A program made the translations under genes and the position numbers. A DNA stretch of 64,000 nucleotides from Candidatus Latescibacterota bacterium (lineage in GTDB: Bacteria > Latescibacterota > UBA2968 > GCA-2709665), in assembly GCA_965222075.1 (NCBI GenBank), contig OZ244937.1, forward strand, positions 992,001-1,056,000, written 5' to 3'. The notes below the pieces were generated by a model, which saw only the letters and a program-made list of their open reading frames with translations, did no database searches and was not told where the DNA came from. Positions 58,291-64,000 of this stretch are shown piece after piece (positions within the stretch are counted from its first letter, which is position 1; each line of letters opens with the position of its first letter).

Positions 58291-58905
58291 TTAAAGTTCA
58301 TACCAGGGGCGATTCTGCATCCGCCATTCCTCGACTTTCTGCATTGCCGTCTGCACGGCGCCCTGCACCTGAGACAGTTTGTCCTCGGCGGATCGGGCCT
58401 GGCCTAAGGCATCTTTGAACTTGCCGGTATTGAGGCTGTTCTTCGCATCGCTCAGTGAGGCTTCGGACTGCCCCAGGTCTGATTGGAGCTGATCGAGGTC
58501 AGCATCCGCACCTTTGCCCCGGGGCACATTGTTGAGGGCGGTTCTGAAGTCGGTAAGGTCCGTGGAGAGACGGGTGACCAGGTCCTGGGCCTCGTTACGG
58601 GTCTGTTCCATGGTGACTCCGGCCTCTTGCATGGCGCGGTCGGCCAGCTCTTTTGCACGGATTGCAGAGATCAAGGCGGCCTCATAGTCCCTCTGTTCGG
58701 ACTCGGGGTCGCCCTTGACGTTGGCATCGTTCAGGGTATCCTGGGCAGACTGGTAAGTCTCCGGGGCATAGATGTCAGCCTCTGCGTTTTTGGCAGCGGC
58801 CAGCGCATCCGCCGCCGCTTTGAGTTCGGCTTCGGGCGGCTGGGCACAACTGAAAAAGGCGAAGGCCAAACTTAAAACCAGACCGATTCTTAGGACAGAT
58901 CGCAT
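58291..58905 (-). CDS. DUF4398-like helical lipoprotein
   Basis: FFSC lipobox, AKNAEADIYAPE; GGAGG RBS. Confidence 0.8.
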   Translation of the reverse strand: MRSVLRIGLVLSLAFAFFSCAQPPEAELKAAADALAAAKNAEADIYAPETYQSAQDTLNDANVKGDPESEQRDYEAALISAIRAKELADRAMQEAGVTMEQTRNEAQDLVTRLSTDLTDFRTALNNVPRGKGADADLDQLQSDLGQSEASLSDAKNSLNTGKFKDALGQARSAEDKLSQVQGAVQTAMQKVEEWRMQNRPWYEL

Positions 58906-58972
58906 CCTCCCCTCCTTTGTTAAGGACAGAGCCAATGATCTTCGGATATATACGTATGCAGGTATAAACAGT

Positions 58973-59001
58973 AAGATAAAACTTAACTTTATTATTGTCA
59001 A
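58973..59001 (-). promoter_or_regulatory. Sigma70 promoter
   Basis: TTGACA-N17-TATCTT. Confidence 0.6.
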
Positions 59002-59234
59002 TACAAAAGTGCGTGCGCCCCACACTGGTCCTTTGAAGCGCAACCCGAAATTTGCCGTTGGATGTGTTTGGAAAAGAGAAGTTTGTGGTTGCGGTATGTC
59101 GCTGGAGAAAATATATTAAGTCCACCGGTTCGATGTGATATTTCACCTGGGTGTTTCATCTTTCAGATGGACCCATGCCGGGCGTTGGGAGCATCGCGGT
59201 TCGGTGTTTCGGATCCACCTGTCCGGGAGGGAAA

Positions 59235-59498
59235 ATGGAAATTAGCAATCAGTTGCTCGCGGGTGTGCTGGCCGCGCTGGGCGCTTTGATTATCCGGAGG
59301 TTTCGGATCTCGAAGCGCATCCCGAAGCGCATTGTTCCATTGGTTCCGATGGTCCTGTCGATGGTTATCTGGGGTTGGGTTTTTGTCAGAGATCCCGGGC
59401 AGTTTGCATCGATCTGGGAGATGCTGGAGACGGGCATCATCAGCGGCCTGCTGGGAAGCGGGATGCTCCATATTCTGCTTGGAGTAACGTCAGAATAA
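59235..59498 (+). CDS. Small membrane protein, holin-like topology
   Basis: GGAGG RBS; three hydrophobic segments, IPKRIVPL, GIISGL. Confidence 0.6.
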   Translation: MEISNQLLAGVLAALGALIIRRFRISKRIPKRIVPLVPMVLSMVIWGWVFVRDPGQFASIWEMLETGIISGLLGSGMLHILLGVTSE

Positions 59499-59603
59499 GC
59501 ATGTCGAAGCCCTGTTCCACACCAGGGCAGGTGAGGTTGCAGACGATGGCTCAGGCAGTTCTTGAAGTCCCGATAGCCAGGCGGGAGGGCGAGTCGGCAG
59601 CGT

Positions 59604-62486
59604 TCACCGGGGAGCCAGAAAACGATCTCCGTTGAAGTGAATCAGATGGTCTGGTATTTCAGATAACCAGACTTCTGTTTCCCAGGCGATCTCGGCGATG
59701 AAATTCTTGAAGATCGTGAAATCGGGAAATGCACTCACGTATACTCGTCTGGCAGAACAGACTTTAAACATCTCCTCCAGTTCGAGGTGGCGTTTGGGAG
59801 ATACCGGGCCGTGAGAAGTGACGGCTTCAACCAAAAAAAGCCGGTTCTGTTTTTCTTCATAGAAAACGATATCGGGTAGCTTGTCGTGACTTGATATGGG
59901 TATACCAAGCTCCTCGAAGCTATCTTCGTTGAGGATTAAGGACTTATTTTCTGAATCGCCAAGGTATAGAAGTTGGGCTCCGGGAGCGAATCTTGGTCCG
60001 AACTCCTCAACAACGGCAGCTTGTAATTCGTTGTGCGGACCAGGCGAGAGGTGAAATTCCTTTCCACTTGCCAATCGCAGAGGTACTCTGTGTTGTTCTC
60101 GGCGTTTCTGATAGATTTCAAAAAGCGCACCTTCAGCTTCATTAAAAGAGGCAATCGCTTGGTTCCACATTTTGGAACGATATGCTCTTATAGTGCGAAT
60201 CGCTGCATCCGATAAGGCATAATGGGTCCGCGGGCTGTTCGTGGGTAGGGTAAGGTCGTCAGGGTTCCGAACGACAAGGACTGCCTGCTCAAATTGGTGG
60301 ATGACCTGACGGCGGATCGTTTCGCGGGTGTTCTCTGCATATTCTCGACCGTATCTATCCCTGATTTCTTCCAGAATATCGTGTATACGCAAACTCTGGC
60401 ATTTCGCTTCAATCCAGGGTGTATCTTCTGAAAGCTGGCCCAGAACAAGCAATGTCAGAGCGGATATTTCGTTTTGTTGGGCATGGGGTAGCCCAAGGGA
60501 TTTCAGGATCTCCTGAGCTTCCTGTATTTTTCTGTTCGCCATACGGGTTTCCTTTATTGTAGGGAAATCCCTTGGGATATATCCAGATTCTCTTAAGGTC
60601 GAAAAAACGATAACGTCTATATCCACTTCTGCTTCGGACAGATCAGCTTTGTGATACTGTTCGCCAATCTGCCTGATGACTCCTGGTGGTGGAAGCGGTA
60701 ATGCGCGTAATTCCGTTGCGTTTACCTGGGTATGTCCACTAATAATGCGAAAATACCGATCTAATAGTGCACTGTTGAAGAGAGCTGATAGTCCAAGTGT
60801 CTCTTCGACTTCGAGTTCGCCATCCTTTTTATATATATAGTTGAGATGATTCTCCAGCCCTATCCAGCGATGGGAAAATTGGTCTGCGAGAAAAGGCGCT
60901 GCAATAAGACGACGTGGTTCTTCCTTTGCACTGAACCTGCGAAGGAGGACATAATTAGAAACCCGAACGGATAAATCCTGGGCGTTCCGGTCCAGAGATA
61001 CGCCCTGTGGCTTATTCCCTTTGATCGCAGGCCATTCAACTCTTCGGTGCTTGATATTATGCATCCATAGAAGCGGAACAGCGCGGTTTTGTTTAACTGC
61101 ATCTTCATCTGTAAGAAATGGTCGAGCGCGAAAGGCTACCACCGGGCCTGTAGACACTTCCAATCCGTGCTGTTGTAGCGTACCGGTCCAGCTATCCACG
61201 ATTTCTATAACCTGTTCGTCGAACTCGCTGGTCGGCAGCCTGAAGGTGAGCGTGTTTTTGTATTCGCCAAGGAAATGCCTCATGGATACCCGACGGGTAA
61301 TCGATTGGTCTAAATCGAGGGCGCTCTTCGATGTGGATATCTCCAAAAATGTAGGCCTGCCTGCGCCGGAGACTGCTCGGCAGGCTGGCTGGCGTGCCTT
61401 TCCTTCTTGCAATCTGCCGTATGTAATGATAACATTCTCCTGAAGGACAGAATCTTTACTGAACGTTTCGTGGCGTGATTCAAATAAGTGAAGGGACAAA
61501 GGGAGCACCTGGCTGATAAAGTCCTGCCTGAATGTGGAAAAGTAAGCGCCGGAACAGAAGCTGCGTGGCACAATAAAGCACGCGCAACCCAGTGGGGTAA
61601 GCATTCTTACTGCAAGTGCCATGAACAAGGTGTAGATATTGGTATGTCCCTTAATCTGGCCTGCAACTGTTTTTACACGAAGGTCGTCGCTATTGAGTTT
61701 AAAGTAGGGGGGATTTGCAATAATCTTGTCATATAGAGATGGTGTGTTCAGCTTACCGGGTTTGTCAGCCTGGAATAGGGACAACTGATAAGAAGGGATG
61801 CAATCGAGGATAAAGTCCCGGTTATATACTTCTGTGTGAACGGTTATGCCCTTTTCCTGAGCACGTCTTGCTGCCCGATCCAGTGACTTACGAGCCACTT
61901 CGCATAAGTCTTTGTCGATTTCATATCCGTCGATCCACAGCTCTTTTGGGCTTCCATCAATTATAGCGCACTCGATAAGGGCACACGCCAGAACGCCTGA
62001 ACCAATAGCTGGATCAAGCAACCTTTCACCCTCTCGCAGTGGTCCGAGTTGCTTGGCCATAAAACGGCCAACCAGGTCGGGCGTAAGGAATTGACCGTTT
62101 TGCTTACGGTGTGCTTCAGGCCTTTCTGACAGCGTATCTTCACCAAGCGTAAGACTATAATTTACGAGGTCTGGTAAACCATAGGGTACGGCCTTCTCTG
62201 CCACGGACATGGCAGATACATGGTGCAGGACGGATGAAGCATACTCAGGGTCTTTTTTAATAAATTCCTTCATCTTTTCTGTAACTCTGCCCGATAGCAG
62301 TAATAACTCGTCAAGGTCGCAGCCCAGAACCTTTGTGAGACGTAGGATTAACGATTCAGATGGCAGAATTTTTCCAGCCTCGATTCGTGAAAAGTGGGCC
62401 GGATCAACTCCCACAGCAGATGAGAGTGACCGTAAGCTGATTTTTTTACGCCTTCTGAGGAAACGCATATATTCGCCGATTTCCAT
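59604..62486 (-). CDS. Fused XRE-HTH + N6-adenine methyltransferase + BsuBI/PstI-family restriction endonuclease
   Basis: HTH; GQFLTP, LLDPAIGSG, NPPY; YAENTRETIRRQ, KLPDIV, EAVTSHGP, IAWETEVW. Confidence 0.92.
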   Translation of the reverse strand: MEIGEYMRFLRRRKKISLRSLSSAVGVDPAHFSRIEAGKILPSESLILRLTKVLGCDLDELLLLSGRVTEKMKEFIKKDPEYASSVLHHVSAMSVAEKAVPYGLPDLVNYSLTLGEDTLSERPEAHRKQNGQFLTPDLVGRFMAKQLGPLREGERLLDPAIGSGVLACALIECAIIDGSPKELWIDGYEIDKDLCEVARKSLDRAARRAQEKGITVHTEVYNRDFILDCIPSYQLSLFQADKPGKLNTPSLYDKIIANPPYFKLNSDDLRVKTVAGQIKGHTNIYTLFMALAVRMLTPLGCACFIVPRSFCSGAYFSTFRQDFISQVLPLSLHLFESRHETFSKDSVLQENVIITYGRLQEGKARQPACRAVSGAGRPTFLEISTSKSALDLDQSITRRVSMRHFLGEYKNTLTFRLPTSEFDEQVIEIVDSWTGTLQQHGLEVSTGPVVAFRARPFLTDEDAVKQNRAVPLLWMHNIKHRRVEWPAIKGNKPQGVSLDRNAQDLSVRVSNYVLLRRFSAKEEPRRLIAAPFLADQFSHRWIGLENHLNYIYKKDGELEVEETLGLSALFNSALLDRYFRIISGHTQVNATELRALPLPPPGVIRQIGEQYHKADLSEAEVDIDVIVFSTLRESGYIPRDFPTIKETRMANRKIQEAQEILKSLGLPHAQQNEISALTLLVLGQLSEDTPWIEAKCQSLRIHDILEEIRDRYGREYAENTRETIRRQVIHQFEQAVLVVRNPDDLTLPTNSPRTHYALSDAAIRTIRAYRSKMWNQAIASFNEAEGALFEIYQKRREQHRVPLRLASGKEFHLSPGPHNELQAAVVEEFGPRFAPGAQLLYLGDSENKSLILNEDSFEELGIPISSHDKLPDIVFYEEKQNRLFLVEAVTSHGPVSPKRHLELEEMFKVCSARRVYVSAFPDFTIFKNFIAEIAWETEVWLSEIPDHLIHFNGDRFLAPR
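61356..61388. repeat. 33-bp palindromic element in frame within the methyltransferase
   Basis: cctgcctgcgccggagactgctcggcaggctgg, G|C flanks. Confidence 0.75.
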
Positions 62487-62558
62487 AATTATCCTATTGA
62501 TTATTTTTCACTTATGAAATAAGCTCCCCAATGCGTCGTATTCGTTGCGGGTAGTGCT

Positions 62559-62590
62559 AATATATTCACTGTTGATCGATTTGTCAACAG
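62559..62590 (-). promoter_or_regulatory. Sigma70 promoter with operator palindrome over the -35
   Basis: TTGACA-N17-TATATT; CTGTTGA-N8-TCAACAG at 62569-62590. Confidence 0.7.
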
Positions 62591-62633
62591 CATATCCAGA
62601 TCGATGGACGAATAGATATTCCACTTCAGATCT

Positions 62634-63758
62634 TCAAAAACGCTTCAGACCCTCGATCAGCGTTTTGGCTTCAAAAACAGTGGCGTTTTTGAACGTGCGC
62701 TTTTCTTTTAGAACGTAGGTTTTCAGCGCTTTTCTGGCCAGACCGTTCTGGCCGTCGTTGAGGTAAGCCAATCCCAGGTAGTAGTAGGCATCCGTCTGCG
62801 TGGAGTCGATCTCTACGGCTTTCTGCAGGTGCCGAATTCCTTTTTTATAGTTTTCCCGATTGAAGTAAGCCAGGCCGAGTCTGAGGTGGAGAACACCGTC
62901 TTCGGGATGTCTTGCGGTGGCTTTTTCGTAGGCTTCTACTGCTGCACCAAAATCTTTCCGGTTAAACGCCAGGTTGCCCAGGCTTGTGTGGGCATCGACA
63001 TAGTCGGGAGCAAGTTCGAGGGCCTTTCGGTATGCGGCTTCGGCCCGATCCACCTGGCCTTTTTGGGCGTAGGCCATCCCGAGATTTCGATAGACGTAGT
63101 GGTGGTCGGAACGGTTGCTTTTGAGTTTAAGCGCCTTTTGGTAGATCTTGATGGCGTCGTCTACTTTGCCGGTGTAAAAATAGGTGAGCCCGAGGTTGAG
63201 GTATGCATCGCTGTACTTCTTGTTGAACCGAATGGCCCGTCGATACTCCGCTATGGCCTGATTGATATAGCCTTTGTGGTAGTAGGCAAGCCCGAGGAGA
63301 TTGTAGGCAAACGCCGAAGAAGACCTGATCTTCAGGGCGGCTTTATACTGGGGTATGGCGTAATCGTAGTCTCCTTTGTGATAGTAAGCACGGCCCAGAT
63401 CGATGCGCGCCAGGAAGAAGTTGGCGTCTGTGGCCACGGCGCGTTTCAGGTAGGGGAGTGCTTCCTCTGGATCGGCATGCACGCGGGCGTAGAGGTAGAG
63501 ATTGCGCGCATCCCTGGGGTTGGACTCCAGGCGTGTGCGGTACTCTTTCAGGAGCTGGGACCGACGGTCCATTTTGAGTAAGAGGTTCTGATAGTCTATA
63601 TGGGCCTTAACGTCGTTGGGGCGCCGGTTGATGAGCCGCCGATAGTGCGCGAGTTCGGCCTCGTGTTGCGCACCGGCTGGTCTCCCGGCCAACACAAGGG
63701 CCGCTGCGACGGTGAACAGCAAGGTCTTGAGAAGGGTTCGTTTTTTACCACACCGCAC
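62634..63758 (-). CDS. Exported TPR-repeat protein
   Basis: Multiple AYxNLG TPRs; GTG start with AAGGAG RBS and signal peptide. Confidence 0.88.
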   Translation of the reverse strand: MRCGKKRTLLKTLLFTVAAALVLAGRPAGAQHEAELAHYRRLINRRPNDVKAHIDYQNLLLKMDRRSQLLKEYRTRLESNPRDARNLYLYARVHADPEEALPYLKRAVATDANFFLARIDLGRAYYHKGDYDYAIPQYKAALKIRSSSAFAYNLLGLAYYHKGYINQAIAEYRRAIRFNKKYSDAYLNLGLTYFYTGKVDDAIKIYQKALKLKSNRSDHHYVYRNLGMAYAQKGQVDRAEAAYRKALELAPDYVDAHTSLGNLAFNRKDFGAAVEAYEKATARHPEDGVLHLRLGLAYFNRENYKKGIRHLQKAVEIDSTQTDAYYYLGLAYLNDGQNGLARKALKTYVLKEKRTFKNATVFEAKTLIEGLKRF

Positions 63759-64000
63759 GGATTGTTTCTCCTTGATACGTGCATAACCGTGGTGGAGCGC
63801 ACCTGCGCCTCTACCTACATAACGTATTGGTATACCTTTTGTTATGAAGACAAAAGGGCCGATAGCGTTGCTTCTCATCGCCCCTTTTTCCGTTTGTTTT
63901 TACCGCAGAATATCGGAGAGGGTTACCGGTCTTTCTTCAGGAGGGTATTGAGGGGAAGCCTGGGATTGTAGAGGTATTTCGCTTCTTCGGGCATCAGCAT

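Noticed and set aside
59235-59498. Prophage inferred from holin-like gene
   Set aside because: No endolysin, integrase or structural genes nearby
63923-64000. 3' end of a minus-strand gene (…LNTLLKKDR*)
   Set aside because: Only 25 codons at the window edge; cannot be supported

Overview
GC-rich bacterial window. PorV, GWxTD, PD40/Omp85 and dockerin-like tails suggest an FCB-group lineage such as a Latescibacterota/Gemmatimonadota-like, possibly host-associated organism (inference). Housekeeping flanks (ATL, ABC exporter pair, two TPP enzymes, NadD-like and epimerase on the left; sucD, rpiA, era, PorV and L,D-transpeptidases on the right) enclose a ~36 kb accessory region (~9.0-45.2 kb). Main observations: (1) a candidate glycosylated-RiPP cluster with a double-glycine precursor peptide, two GT-B glycosyltransferase genes, a cNMP/C39 peptidase ABC exporter, HlyD, a PPIase and sigma54 activators; (2) a duplication-built array of secreted proteins, where four paralogous lipoproteins with constant framework and variable loops precede one shared N-terminal leader fused to different payloads (S8 protease-FN3, LRR), alongside a serpin and two metalloprotease-WD40 proteins; (3) a family of short palindromic elements (CCTGYCTG...CAGRCAGG) that nest in each other and sit in frame in four genes, with the empty site visible in a paralog; (4) a single-ORF HTH-methyltransferase-BsuBI/PstI endonuclease fusion with an operator-like palindrome. 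No rRNA, tRNA, CRISPR array or reverse transcriptase was seen. All calls come from motif reading by eye; no searches were run.
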